A stretch of 64,000 bases of DNA from Candidatus Micrarchaeota archaeon. GTDB taxonomy: Archaea; Micrarchaeota; Micrarchaeia; Micrarchaeales; Micrarchaeaceae. The notes beneath the pieces were generated by a model, which worked only from the letters and a program-made list of their open reading frames with translations, had not been told where the DNA came from and did not search any database. The stretch covers positions 71,142 to 135,141 of the forward strand of contig DAHXMI010000004.1 in assembly GCA_027365565.1 (NCBI GenBank), written 5' to 3'. A program made the position numbers and the translations under genes. Positions 1 to 9,500 of this stretch are shown in pieces (the stretch's first letter is position 1; every line of letters begins with the position of its first letter).

Positions 1-615
1 CAGAACTTGGATTATGGGGGATTGTGGGCAGGCTCCACATCAAACGCGCTGGAATACGGCGAATACTGGCCGGCAAACTGGCAGTTCTGCGTAACCCCTT
101 CTGGCGGAATCAACACTGATACATGGTACAATGTGGCCGTTGTAGTCAGAAACTACAACAACGTCACGGTTTACATCAACGGAAAGGAGAGCGCACAATG
201 CGTACTTAGCGGCGTGGTGGGCGTCACGCCGCAGAGGACCTCGATAGGCATAGGCGACAACCCGCCAGGCGGCAACGAGCTAGCCAACGCAATAATAGCC
301 AATGTGCAGGTTTACAACACCGCGCTGGCGCAGAGTAACGTGACAAACATCTACAGAGAGGGCATCACAGGCGCACCGGTAGCCACGAGCAGCCTTATAG
401 GGTGGTGGCCGCTGGATGGCAACGCGAACGATTATTCTACGAACGGGAACAACGGAACCTTCCAGAACGCGGCGTACACAACCAAGCTTGCAGGTAACTA
501 CCTCCCCGCTTCGCTCTTGAATGCTTACCAAGTGAGCAAGGCGACGGCACCGTCATACATCAGCACAAGCACGGCAAACGTGTTGTACAACACGAGCGTG
601 GTATTATGGCACTGA
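1..615 (+). CDS. C-terminal part of a secreted protein with a concanavalin-A/laminin-G-like (LamG) jelly-roll domain; 5' end lies outside the window
   Basis: ORF open to window start (track 7..615). The WYNVAVVVRNYNNVTVYINGKE-type motif is typical of LamG-like lectin folds. Several N-x-S/T sequons are present. The stop overlaps the start of the next gene (ATGGCACTGA), suggesting translational coupling. Confidence 0.5.
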   Translation, partial: QNLDYGGLWAGSTSNALEYGEYWPANWQFCVTPSGGINTDTWYNVAVVVRNYNNVTVYINGKESAQCVLSGVVGVTPQRTSIGIGDNPPGGNELANAIIANVQVYNTALAQSNVTNIYREGITGAPVATSSLIGWWPLDGNANDYSTNGNNGTFQNAAYTTKLAGNYLPASLLNAYQVSKATAPSYISTSTANVLYNTSVVLWH

Positions 616-2168
616 AACGCGGAAAAAAGATTTTCAAGAGCAGCAAGAAGGGCATAATGTTCACGCTGCTCACCATAATACTGTTTGTCCTCATGCTGGC
701 CGAGGTGATAATGTACGTCGTGATAAACAATACGTACAACCAGCAGGCGAGTGAGGCATCGGCAGTCATAGGCGCTGGCAGCATGATCAACACGCTGAAG
801 GACGCCTTAGGACCTTTCCTCATTTCAAGCACGAGCCGCGCGATAGGAGTATACCTACCCGCAAACACCGTGCCGCAGTATCCGCTTAACAATACAGAAG
901 CAGGCGCTTTGTCCTCTCTTGTATTTAACGGGACCATTGGAGGAACCAGCTATCCGGGAATGGACAACGCAACTGTCATGAGCTATGTCGAAGCAATGGA
1001 TAAGCAGGCAGCCTCGCAGAACAGCAACACGGTGATATACAACTCCAGCATCACGATGTATCAGGACTCTCCGGCGTACATAAACGTGAGCTACACAGGC
1101 ATGGCAATCGTAAACACTACGTACGGCGTATTCACGTATCCGCTCAGCATCGAAGTAAGCTATCCCACCCTGCTCGCATATGTTAACATAACCGTTGACA
1201 ACGCGCAGAATGCCGCGGCGCAGGGCCCGTTCCAACAGATGGTCAAGTTCAATCCATCATCATACAGCGCTTATGAGAGTGCCGGGCTCGGCAACATAAG
1301 GTTTTATCACGGTTCTACCGAGCTTTTCAGCTGGTGCGAGAGCGGTTGCAACTATTCTTCGACCGGCAGCACTTTCTGGGTGGCCCTGCCCGGCGGGATA
1401 ACGGCGAATTCGAACACTGTAATAACGATGGGATTCATGCCGAAAAGCATAGGATATGGACCCACGAACTCTCCGGCAGACTACGCGGGCGAGGCCCCGC
1501 AGCTATCGCCTTCTTACGGTGAGTATGACAACGGCGCAAACGTGTTTGATTTCTACGACAACTTCGCCGGAAGTACCTTGAATACTAGCAAATGGCAGGT
1601 AATCACGTCAGGATCGGGAACTTATTCGGTCGATAATGGGATAACGCTCAGCGAGAGCGGTTATACGACGGATATGAGGGTCGTGTCAAAGTCCACCTAC
1701 ACGGGCATAAGCGACGGAATGATTACGTCGCAGAACCTGGGAAGCTTTAGGGGCACAGGCATGGAAATGGCAACCGTTCTACCCACTTCTTCAGGCTTCC
1801 AGAGCGGATACAGGTTCTACGCTTCGGATAACCACCCTACAGGCACGGTGGGCGGATTCATAGATGCGGTCGTCGCCACGAGCGGGACGAATGTCGGGCA
1901 TAATTCAACCAACCCCCCAGGTGCGCCTTATGTTATGACAGTGTACTGGCCGAAGACCGGAATCGAGGGATGGCAGAACAACTATGGGTATTACCTGTCT
2001 CTTACAAACAACACCGTTTCGGCGGCGCCGTACTACCTAAGCCTATACGCGGGTTCCGACGGATCTAACATCGGCACTATCGCATTCTCATATGTAAGGG
2101 TCAGGGCCAACCTGCCGAACAACGTGATGCCTTCTACAACTTTCGGCAGCGTGACAACCGTTACCTGA
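606..2168 (+). CDS. Secreted/membrane-anchored glycoprotein with a pilin-like N-terminus (basic leader ending KKG, then a ~22-aa hydrophobic helix), more than 20 N-glycosylation sequons, and a LamG-like region near the C-terminus
   Basis: N-terminus is MALKRGKKIFKSSKKG followed by IMFTLLTIILFVLMLAEV, resembling an archaeal class III signal peptide. The protein is Asn/Thr/Ser-rich with many NxT/NxS sequons. The segment DNGANVFDFYDNFAGSTLNTSKWQV resembles DUF2341/LamG-like regions. Confidence 0.5.
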   Translation: MALKRGKKIFKSSKKGIMFTLLTIILFVLMLAEVIMYVVINNTYNQQASEASAVIGAGSMINTLKDALGPFLISSTSRAIGVYLPANTVPQYPLNNTEAGALSSLVFNGTIGGTSYPGMDNATVMSYVEAMDKQAASQNSNTVIYNSSITMYQDSPAYINVSYTGMAIVNTTYGVFTYPLSIEVSYPTLLAYVNITVDNAQNAAAQGPFQQMVKFNPSSYSAYESAGLGNIRFYHGSTELFSWCESGCNYSSTGSTFWVALPGGITANSNTVITMGFMPKSIGYGPTNSPADYAGEAPQLSPSYGEYDNGANVFDFYDNFAGSTLNTSKWQVITSGSGTYSVDNGITLSESGYTTDMRVVSKSTYTGISDGMITSQNLGSFRGTGMEMATVLPTSSGFQSGYRFYASDNHPTGTVGGFIDAVVATSGTNVGHNSTNPPGAPYVMTVYWPKTGIEGWQNNYGYYLSLTNNTVSAAPYYLSLYAGSDGSNIGTIAFSYVRVRANLPNNVMPSTTFGSVTTVT

Positions 2169-2180
2169 TGCAGAAAGCGC

Positions 2181-3176
2181 TCACACGCCTCCGGCTATAC
2201 TCGAGAACATGAGCGCTATGACGTGGCCCACTATTATGTACATGCCGATGCCTGCGGCTATGAACACAGGTAGGGTCTTCAGCCCCTTCAGCGGCGATCC
2301 GGAATTTATCGTCGACATTATCAGCGAGGCGAAACCCGTTATTATCAGTATGGCGATAAGGGAGAAGTTCTGGTACTCTGACGGCGTTATCTTAGGCGGG
2401 CTGGGCTTCAGGAACGAGACGCCGGCAGTTGGCAGCCCGCCTGGGTTCGCAGCCAGTATGCCTTTCCAGACCGTATCGGTAACCGTTATCATCTGGCTTG
2501 TGAGGCCATAGAGCAGCGGCGCCGCGATGACTCCGGCGAACGCTATGAATATGCTATACATGAAGAGCTGGCCGGATATCTCCTTCTGCGCTGTCTGCTG
2601 GCTTCTCAGGTCTTTGGAGATCTGGTCCAGCAGGTCCGCCATTGCACCGCCATACCTCAGCGCCTCGCTTATCATCCTCAGCGAGTGCTGCAGTTGGAAC
2701 GACCTATACTTCGCACCGAGCTCCTTCATCGCGGTCTCAAGGGTCTCGCCGCCGAATATCTTCCTGTTCATGTCCCTTATGTCGTCAGAGAAGAACTTGA
2801 ACTCAGGTCTTGCCGCAAGAAGCAGAGAGCGGTCCAGCGCTATCCCGCTCCTCAGGTTCGCCGACGCGATCTGGAAGTAGTCGGGCAGCATGACCTCCAT
2901 CCTGGTCTTCCTGCCGTCTATCTCGTATTCCAGTATCATGACTATTACTGCGATGAAGAGGCCGGCGACCGCTATGCCGGAAAGCACGTCGATTATGGGG
3001 TTCAGCCTTGTCTTCAGGAACATGCCGATGGCGGTCAGAATCAACAGCAGGAACCCTCCCATTATCATTATACCCAGTACCTTGTTTATGTCGGTCTTCA
3101 CGCCTGCGAGGTCGAGCTCGTTCGACAGCCTTCTCACTAGGCCCCTCGACACAAGCCTCTCGAATCTTACAGCCAT
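2181..3176 (-). CDS. Type IV pilus/archaellum membrane platform protein, TadC/FlaJ-like (T2SSF domain)
   Basis: 331 aa, polytopic. It has a cytoplasmic helical domain between TM segments, typical of GspF/TadB/TadC/FlaJ proteins. It is immediately downstream of a second T2SSF gene and of the ATPase. Confidence 0.7.
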   Translation of the reverse strand: MAVRFERLVSRGLVRRLSNELDLAGVKTDINKVLGIMIMGGFLLLILTAIGMFLKTRLNPIIDVLSGIAVAGLFIAVIVMILEYEIDGRKTRMEVMLPDYFQIASANLRSGIALDRSLLLAARPEFKFFSDDIRDMNRKIFGGETLETAMKELGAKYRSFQLQHSLRMISEALRYGGAMADLLDQISKDLRSQQTAQKEISGQLFMYSIFIAFAGVIAAPLLYGLTSQMITVTDTVWKGILAANPGGLPTAGVSFLKPSPPKITPSEYQNFSLIAILIITGFASLIMSTINSGSPLKGLKTLPVFIAAGIGMYIIVGHVIALMFSSIAGGV

Positions 3177-3180
3177 GACA

Positions 3181-4350
3181 TCACGTAGTGAAAACGGGCC
3201 TTGAGGCCCTTATTATGTTCAGGAATATGATTTGCAGGAACAATATACCGACAAGTGCGCCGTAGAGCAGTTGGGGGGTTATGGTGAACAGCGATATGAA
3301 CGTGGTCAGTATCGTGGCGACCGCGAGCCCCATGCTGGGCAGTATCACCCCAAAGAGCATGTAGAACATTGCGAGCGCGTTTAACCTTTGCCCGTACCTC
3401 CTCAGCTCTATCAGCCTTTCCTGCGAGAGCTGGTCGATTGCGGACTGCAGCGCTGATATGACGTCCGAGCCCGACTTTATGCTGACGCTCGCCTGCAGCA
3501 TGACCCTCCTGAACGAGGAGCTGCCTGTCTCGGCTATTGCCCTGTCTATTGCGTCGCCGAGAGGTATGCCGACCTGCACCATCTCCACTATGCGCTTGAA
3601 CTCCGCGCTTGCGTCGCCGTAGCCGGTGCTCACCGAGGTTATCGCGTTGTATAGGGGCATGCCCGACCTAAGCGATATTATTATGTCTCGTACGGCGAAC
3701 AGTATGTCGCGTTCCACGCCCTTACCGGTCTTCCTACCCTTCTGGGCGGGATAGCTGAGGAACATGCCGAACATCATCTTGTATACCGCAAATGCGACCA
3801 TAGCGCCGAGAAGCAGCTCTATTGGGAGCCCGATTGAGGTCTTCTGGAGCACTATTACTATGACTGCGCCGATGAGCACCCCCATCATTATCGCGGAGAG
3901 CAGCATGCGCTTTATGAAGTCTTCCACAGGCGTATGTACGCCGCGCGCGGTCAGTGCGTCCTCGAGCTTGGGATGTTTGAAAGCTATGCTCTGGATGTAG
4001 TTGTGCATGAAGCCGCGCTTGGGCCTCTGCTGGGCGGCGGCCCTCTTCGGCTGTGTTAACGCGCCTGCGCTGGATTGACTCTGCTGTGGCTGCTGCTGCG
4101 AAGGCTGCGGCTGCTGCTGGGGCGCCTGGCGAGGTATTGCAGTCGGGCTGGCCGGTGCCGAAGGCCTGTTTATGATTTCGGAGGGCGCGGCAGGCTTCGC
4201 TGCGCCTTTCTGCGAAGAGCCGAACAGACCCTTCTTCGGCTTTGGCTGAAGCTCTATCTCCTTGCCGTCCACTTTTATTACGCGTGGATTGTCCTTCTTC
4301 TTTTTGAATGGGTTAAGAGACATCAGCACCAACTGCACTAGCTGTACCAA
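3181..4350 (-). CDS. TadB/TadC/FlaJ-like T2SSF-domain membrane platform protein with a Gln/Pro-rich low-complexity N-terminal region
   Basis: 389 aa. The N-terminus is Q/P-rich (QAPQQQPQPSQQQPQQSQ) and is followed by a T2SSF-like helical domain and TM helices. The start overlaps the stop of the upstream gene. Confidence 0.7.
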   Translation of the reverse strand: MVQLVQLVLMSLNPFKKKKDNPRVIKVDGKEIELQPKPKKGLFGSSQKGAAKPAAPSEIINRPSAPASPTAIPRQAPQQQPQPSQQQPQQSQSSAGALTQPKRAAAQQRPKRGFMHNYIQSIAFKHPKLEDALTARGVHTPVEDFIKRMLLSAIMMGVLIGAVIVIVLQKTSIGLPIELLLGAMVAFAVYKMMFGMFLSYPAQKGRKTGKGVERDILFAVRDIIISLRSGMPLYNAITSVSTGYGDASAEFKRIVEMVQVGIPLGDAIDRAIAETGSSSFRRVMLQASVSIKSGSDVISALQSAIDQLSQERLIELRRYGQRLNALAMFYMLFGVILPSMGLAVATILTTFISLFTITPQLLYGALVGILFLQIIFLNIIRASRPVFTT

Positions 4351-4993
4351 CTGGGCCCTGCTTCAGGGCGTTCACCGCATCGATCAGTCTCTGGTCCCTT
4401 AGGTTCCACATCGACTGCTCGAGCGAGTTAAGCTTCTTCTTCTCCTTTACGACCTGTCTTCTCTGGAGTTCTATATAATAGTACAGGCCGTAGACCTCCT
4501 GCTTCACCACGTCCACGTGCTCCTGGTCCAGTACCCCTTCCCTTACGCTCTCTATTATTCTCTCGAGCTCCGAGACCTGATCTGGCATCGAGAGGTTCGG
4601 CAGTACCAGGTCCTTGAAGTTGACCTTCTTTACTCTTATCCCCTTAAGGGCGTCCGGGGTCGACGGCACCTGCAGCTCCGTTTCAGCACCTCCCTGTCCC
4701 GGTGCGACCGCCTTTTCGACCTGCTCTTCGAACGGGGACTTCGCGCCGCGGACTTCAGTCTGCTGCTGCGCCTGCTGCGCCGCCTTCTGTGTACCAAATA
4801 TTATTCTCTTCGATTCCACGTTCTCTATCTTCGTGAGCAGGTCATCGTACTTCACCCGCTGCTGCGGCGCGGCGGCGAACAGGTTTGATACGTCTATTTT
4901 TATAGCAGCGCGTTCGGAGGCCGGACCTGCTGCGTCTATGTCTCCGACCGTCTTGGCCAGTTCGTCATAATCGGGCTGGGTCTCTAGCGTCAT
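4313..4993 (-). CDS. Hypothetical cytoplasmic protein of the pilus operon (acidic N-terminus, coiled-coil C-terminus)
   Basis: 226 aa. It lies in the same operon between the ATPase and the platform genes. Stop/start overlap with both neighbours. I recognise no motif. Confidence 0.4.
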   Translation of the reverse strand: MTLETQPDYDELAKTVGDIDAAGPASERAAIKIDVSNLFAAAPQQRVKYDDLLTKIENVESKRIIFGTQKAAQQAQQQTEVRGAKSPFEEQVEKAVAPGQGGAETELQVPSTPDALKGIRVKKVNFKDLVLPNLSMPDQVSELERIIESVREGVLDQEHVDVVKQEVYGLYYYIELQRRQVVKEKKKLNSLEQSMWNLRDQRLIDAVNALKQGPVGTASAVGADVS

Positions 4994-4997
4994 ACGA

Positions 4998-6536
4998 TCA
5001 CTTGAAGATGTCCGCCGCGAACTTCACGTTATTGCCAATTACGTCAAGCACCTTGTCCTTGTCACTGTAGTAATTCGCGACGACGAACCCCGTGTCGTCG
5101 ACGGAGGTGATGTCGTTCGCGACCATCCAGTTCAGCACCTTGGATTTCTCTTCGATCTCGGTTTTTATGTCGGTCGTGGACAGCCCCGAGTACATGTTCA
5201 GCACCTCTGCGAGCCTCGTCATCGCGCTTATCTGCACCAGCTCATCGGTGTTCATGTTCCATCTATAGAGGACATTGGCGTCTCCGTTCTGCAGTATCTC
5301 AGAGTATTCCAATATCCTCCTTATACCGCGAGCCCTGTGCCTGAAGTTAACTATTATGCCGCCGAGCGAGTTGAGTGTTATCTTCGGCACGCCTATGGGC
5401 GGGTTCGTCATTCTTATTATCGCGTCCTGCGCATTGTCGGCGTGCAGCGTGCCGTATACCGCATGGCCAGTATGTATAGCCTCGAACAGCGTCTCTGCAT
5501 CCTCCTTCACCCTTATTTCTCCGACAAGCATGATGTCGGGCCTCTGCCTGAGCGCGTTGACCATTAGGTCGTGCAGCGTCACCTCTCCCTTGCCTTCCGG
5601 GTTCGGCTGCCTCGTCACCATCGCGATCCACTGCAGAAAGTTGGGCAGCGAGAGCTCCCTTGTCTCTTCGACACTTATTATGCGCCTTGTCGGCGGGTAG
5701 AATATGCTCATGGCGTTAAGGAAGCTTGTCTTTCCCGACGCGGTACCTCCGGCTATCAGCAGGCTTATCTCGTTCTCTATCGCCAGCCATATCTGCGCCG
5801 CCACACCCACGTCTATCGTCTTGTTCTTTATCATCGCGGGCATCGTCCAGGGGTTCTTCGCGAACTTCCTGATGGTTATCGTGTTGCCTACGTGCGATAT
5901 AGGATACAGGGTAGCGTTCACCCTAGAGCCGTCGGCCAGCTCCGCGTCCATGAGGGGCTGCAGGTTGTTTATCTCCCTTCCAACCCTCCTCCCCATACGC
6001 TCGCTCAGGTCATATATTTCCGTGTCGCTCTGCGGCTTGATGTCGGTCTTGCACCAGCCAGCCATCTTATGGAACACCCAGATGAAGTCCTTCGCTCCGT
6101 TTATCGCTATCTCTTCGAGGTTGTCGTCTGCGAGCGGGACCTCCAGCTCGCCGTAGCCGAGCATCATGTTTATTATGTAGGCGGTGAGCAACCTCTTCGT
6201 GTCCTTGCTCATTCCTGGAAGGTGCTTATCTATCAGTATGCTGCTGGCCTCTATGTACCTGTTGTTTAGCTCCTTCTCGTAATCCTGGTCCTCGACCCTC
6301 GAGGGATCTATCGGCACCATGTTGAGCAGGTCGGACCTCAGCGACATGACAAGCAGCTTCGTGGCGTCGCTGATTCCCGTCGTCTTAGTGGTATATCTCG
6401 GTACGAACTCGTCCGTATTCATTATCTTGACGTCTACTGCCAAGCCGTGCACGTCAAGGGTATAGCTGTCGAGCAGCTTGCCTGTGGCTCCCGCGGACAT
6501 GACTCCATCGCTCACCTTTTCATCGTTCCCGGGCAT
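4998..6536 (-). CDS. Type IV pilus/archaellum assembly ATPase, FlaI/CpaF(TadA)/VirB11 secretion-ATPase superfamily
   Basis: Walker A motif GGTASGKTSFLNAMS. An Asp box and a His box (HTGHAVYGTLHADN) are present. Length of 512 aa is typical of archaeal FlaI/TadA-like ATPases. Confidence 0.85.
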   Translation of the reverse strand: MPGNDEKVSDGVMSAGATGKLLDSYTLDVHGLAVDVKIMNTDEFVPRYTTKTTGISDATKLLVMSLRSDLLNMVPIDPSRVEDQDYEKELNNRYIEASSILIDKHLPGMSKDTKRLLTAYIINMMLGYGELEVPLADDNLEEIAINGAKDFIWVFHKMAGWCKTDIKPQSDTEIYDLSERMGRRVGREINNLQPLMDAELADGSRVNATLYPISHVGNTITIRKFAKNPWTMPAMIKNKTIDVGVAAQIWLAIENEISLLIAGGTASGKTSFLNAMSIFYPPTRRIISVEETRELSLPNFLQWIAMVTRQPNPEGKGEVTLHDLMVNALRQRPDIMLVGEIRVKEDAETLFEAIHTGHAVYGTLHADNAQDAIIRMTNPPIGVPKITLNSLGGIIVNFRHRARGIRRILEYSEILQNGDANVLYRWNMNTDELVQISAMTRLAEVLNMYSGLSTTDIKTEIEEKSKVLNWMVANDITSVDDTGFVVANYYSDKDKVLDVIGNNVKFAADIFK

Positions 6537-6550
6537 CCATCAGCGCCTCA

Positions 6551-8008
6551 TCACTTCGTTTCCTCATCTCCCTTTTTCTTCTGCTTCTTATTAGCTGCTG
6601 AAGGCGGCTTGCCGCCGCTGGCCGGCTGATGCGCGTCCTGCTCCGGCACTGATGACATGGCGCTACCTGCGCTCACGTCTTTCTTTCTGATGGCGTCATT
6701 GTCTTCAAGCATCTCACCAGCATTCTGGAGGCCTGAGCTGGCCTTTGATAGGGTAGTATCCACTTCAGATATCTTATTGCCCGCCTCTGTGGACCTCGCT
6801 TTGATTTCATTGGCGAGAGTCATCATCTCATCCGCTTCCATGTCTTTTGATTCGAGAACCGTGTTGACGTCGCTCGACAGCTTCTCGACCATGACTGATA
6901 GTTCCTTTATCGCGTCGGATGCGGTTGTTATCCCCGATCCTATGCCGTGCATCTGCTCATCGAACGCACCTACGACACCATATCCATCCTTGATCGCCTT
7001 CATCGTGGTGTCAACGGTCTTGAGCTTGTCGCGCATCAGCCTGTTGGCGTTGTCCGCCTCCTTCCTGAACTTGTCGTACGCATCCGTGAACGTGTCACGC
7101 TTCTTGACTACCGCGCTGCGGTCCTTCTCCAGTTCTACCCTGAACTTCTTGTACATTTCAGAGAAGCCCTTCGCGGTGTGCAGCTGGTCCCTGGCGCTCC
7201 TTTCGACCTCGTCGAGCTCCTTGCGCTCGTCAAGCAGCTTCTGGGTGAGCAGTTTGCTGTCCTGCTCTATTGAATTCTCAAGCTCATGCAGCTGCGATTC
7301 CACGCTCTTCCTTATGGACTGGACCACGTTGTCCTTGTTCCTCCTCATCTCCTCTATCTGCTTCTCGAGACCATCGAGCTTCGCCTTGAACTCGGCGGTT
7401 TCAGGCAGATTGAGTTCAGTGCCGGCCTCCGCGCTCTTGTCAAGAAACGACTGTATCTTCCTGTCCATCGAGTCTATTTCCTTCACGGACCTCTCATAAT
7501 CGGAGGCTATGACCTTGTACGAAGACTCGACATCCTTTGCGTGCTTCTCGACCCCATCATACAATGAGTTGATTTCGGCCATGCGCTTGTGCACATCCGG
7601 CAGCGTCTTCCTGTACATCTCGTCGACTGCACTGAACTGCACCTTGAGCTGGGACAGCGCTTCGGCAAGATTGCCGAGCTTTATTGTCTGGGTGGTGAGC
7701 AGGTTCTTCGCATTGCTCATCTCGACCTGGGCCTTCTGCTTGGTGAACTGCTCCACTGCCGTAAGCCCCTCCGGCAGCTCCATGAACATGCGTCCGACTT
7801 CGTAGGATATCCTTATCAGCTTCCCTTCCTCCAGCACCTTCGCCCATCCCTCTATTACATTAGGGCTGGTGTTAAGCTCGGTGGATGCCCTGTTGAGATC
7901 CACCCTACCCTTCCTCTTTATCAGTTCGAGGAGAGAGTCGATAGTAGTCTTGGTTTCAGCATTTGCCGCTCTACCTTCGTCTGAGGGTTTGTACTGAGTC
8001 ATGCCCAC
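6551..8008 (-). CDS. N-terminal winged-helix (TrmB/MarR-like) domain fused to a ~400-aa coiled coil; first gene of the pilus operon
   Basis: An HTH-like segment (LLELIKRKGRVDLNRASTELNTSPNVIEGWAKVLEEGKLIRI) is followed by a long heptad-rich E/K/L/Q region. The C-terminal tail is basic (KKQKKKGDEETK). Confidence 0.5.
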   Translation of the reverse strand: MGMTQYKPSDEGRAANAETKTTIDSLLELIKRKGRVDLNRASTELNTSPNVIEGWAKVLEEGKLIRISYEVGRMFMELPEGLTAVEQFTKQKAQVEMSNAKNLLTTQTIKLGNLAEALSQLKVQFSAVDEMYRKTLPDVHKRMAEINSLYDGVEKHAKDVESSYKVIASDYERSVKEIDSMDRKIQSFLDKSAEAGTELNLPETAEFKAKLDGLEKQIEEMRRNKDNVVQSIRKSVESQLHELENSIEQDSKLLTQKLLDERKELDEVERSARDQLHTAKGFSEMYKKFRVELEKDRSAVVKKRDTFTDAYDKFRKEADNANRLMRDKLKTVDTTMKAIKDGYGVVGAFDEQMHGIGSGITTASDAIKELSVMVEKLSSDVNTVLESKDMEADEMMTLANEIKARSTEAGNKISEVDTTLSKASSGLQNAGEMLEDNDAIRKKDVSAGSAMSSVPEQDAHQPASGGKPPSAANKKQKKKGDEETK

Positions 8009-8067
8009 ACAGTTTTAATTAGCAATAAACGCTTAAATACCTTCACGATTGGTATCGAATGAAGAGG

Positions 8068-8778
8068 CTAGAACATGCGCCTGTAGAACAGGGAGAGCAT
8101 GACAGCTATTACTATCATGAAGAGTATGCTGCCGATGGGTATCAGCTTGGTAAAGAGTATCAGCACGAATATCGTGCCCATGGCCAGGGCGTATACGCCG
8201 GGGTTCCAAGCGAGCACCTTGCTGCCGTCCAACGGGTATATCGGCAGCATGTTGAAGAAGGCCAGCAGTATGCTTATGAACATTATGAAATCAAGCGCGA
8301 AGCCCCAGTAGCTCTGCGAAGGTGGATTGAAGATTACAAGCGCCGCGGCGAACACGGCGAATACCGCGAAGTTGGTGAGCGGACCCGCGAGTGAGACAAG
8401 GCCGTTCTGCCTCTTAGTGAACGAGTTCGTGTATATCACGGTCGCGCCGGGTATGCCGAGCAGGAAGCCGAACAGGCTCGTAATCAGCGTTATGGCAAGG
8501 CCGTTCGTAGCGGTCCTGAATGCCGCGAAGGCGCCGAAGCGCTGCGCGACGAACTTGTGCATCATCTCATGCAGTACGAAGCTGAGCGAGACGCCGACGA
8601 ATGCTATGGGAAGCAGAGTTATGAAGAGCGACGCAGCCTTTGAGGAACTTCCGGCCAGGCCAAATATTCCACCTGAGAGGGTTATCGTGAACGCGAGCGT
8701 CAGCACAGCGTCAGCTATAAGTATGTCTCTTATCTCAAGTGCATGGCTCACGTTGTACCTTGCTTGCATAACTAACAA
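8068..8778 (-). CDS. Site-2-protease family (M50) intramembrane zinc metalloprotease
   Basis: HEMMH (HExxH) motif inside a TM helix. The LDG motif (NMLPIYPLDGSKV) is present downstream. The protein is polytopic. Confidence 0.7.
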   Translation of the reverse strand: MLVMQARYNVSHALEIRDILIADAVLTLAFTITLSGGIFGLAGSSSKAASLFITLLPIAFVGVSLSFVLHEMMHKFVAQRFGAFAAFRTATNGLAITLITSLFGFLLGIPGATVIYTNSFTKRQNGLVSLAGPLTNFAVFAVFAAALVIFNPPSQSYWGFALDFIMFISILLAFFNMLPIYPLDGSKVLAWNPGVYALAMGTIFVLILFTKLIPIGSILFMIVIAVMLSLFYRRMF

Positions 8779-8787
8779 TCGGACTTA

Positions 8788-8800
8788 TCATTTATAAAAC
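8788..8800 (+). promoter_or_regulatory. TATA box (TTTATAAAA) about 30 nt upstream of tRNA-Gln
   Basis: A/T-rich TATA-like element at the canonical archaeal distance from the tRNA 5' end. Confidence 0.5.
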
Positions 8801-8823
8801 GTACTGGACAATATATACGTGCC

Positions 8824-8896
8824 AGCTCCATCGTCTAGTGGTCAAGGACGACAGGCTCTGAACCTGTAAACCCCAGTTCGAATCTGGGTGGAGCTA
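8824..8896 (+). tRNA. tRNA-Gln (anticodon CUG)
   Basis: Hand-folded. Acceptor AGCTCCA/TGGAGCT. D-stem GTCT/GGAC. Anticodon stem ACAGG/CCTGT with loop CTCTGAA. T-arm CCCAG-TTCGAAT-CTGGG. Discriminator A. A1:U72 is typical of archaeal tRNA-Gln. Confidence 0.85.
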
Positions 8897-9026
8897 CTTA
8901 TACTTTGGTTGGGTCCGCTTCCGCATTCCGCGCTCTTGGATTGCAGGAGGTGCACGCAGCAAAAGCCCGTACTTATAACGGCATGGTTTTTTATATTCAT
9001 AATGCATGGTTAATTTAGGCGAGCAG

Positions 9027-9479
9027 ATGGATACTGCAGTGGGACGGGCAGGCGGCACAAGCGTGCCGCGCAGGTCGGGACATGTAATCGTGTGCGGCTA
9101 CGGTGGAGTTGGCCAGAACGTCATAGAGGTGCTCGCCGACAAGGGATTGCCCTTCGTTGTCGTGGACCTTGATCCCAACAGGATAAAAAGGGCAATGGAA
9201 CTAGGCCATGACGCGGTGGATGGGGACGCCACGCAATCGAAGATACTCAAGCAGGCAGGCATAGAGCATGCGAAGGCGATCGCGATAGTGATGGACAATG
9301 ACGCTAAGAACCTTTTCACGGTACTGACCGCGAGGAACCTCAACAGGAAGATATTCATAGCGACCAGGGCGAACGACGAGTTCGTCAGGGAGAAGCTCGT
9401 GGAGGCGGGCGCAGACTACATAGTGATGCCCCAGAGGTCCGCGAGCAAAGAGATTATCAGGGAGATAGTAGGACAGTGA
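9027..9479 (+). CDS. Soluble TrkA-N/RCK (KTN) NAD-binding domain protein, K+ transport regulator-like
   Basis: Rossmann motif HVIVCGYGGVGQ. Typical RCK N-lobe. The track ORF starts at 9006, but that ATG overlaps the TATA region, so I chose the downstream Met (MDTAVG). Confidence 0.7.
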   Translation: MDTAVGRAGGTSVPRRSGHVIVCGYGGVGQNVIEVLADKGLPFVVVDLDPNRIKRAMELGHDAVDGDATQSKILKQAGIEHAKAIAIVMDNDAKNLFTVLTARNLNRKIFIATRANDEFVREKLVEAGADYIVMPQRSASKEIIREIVGQ

Positions 9480-9500
9480 ATACACTACAGCGGTGCATGA

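Noticed and set aside
5275-6269. Plus-strand ORFs 5275..5700, 5571..6269 and 5704..6156 inside the pilus ATPase gene
   Set aside because: They are antisense to a gene with Walker A/B motifs. Their products are Arg/His-rich or Ser/Leu-rich, as expected for antisense frames.
6657-7984. Plus-strand ORFs 6657..7499, 6947..7273, 7286..7567 and 7589..7984 antisense to the coiled-coil gene
   Set aside because: They are Ser/Leu-rich or Arg/Leu-rich frames typical of the antisense of a GAA/AAG-rich coiled-coil coding region. The minus-strand gene is continuous and operon-linked.
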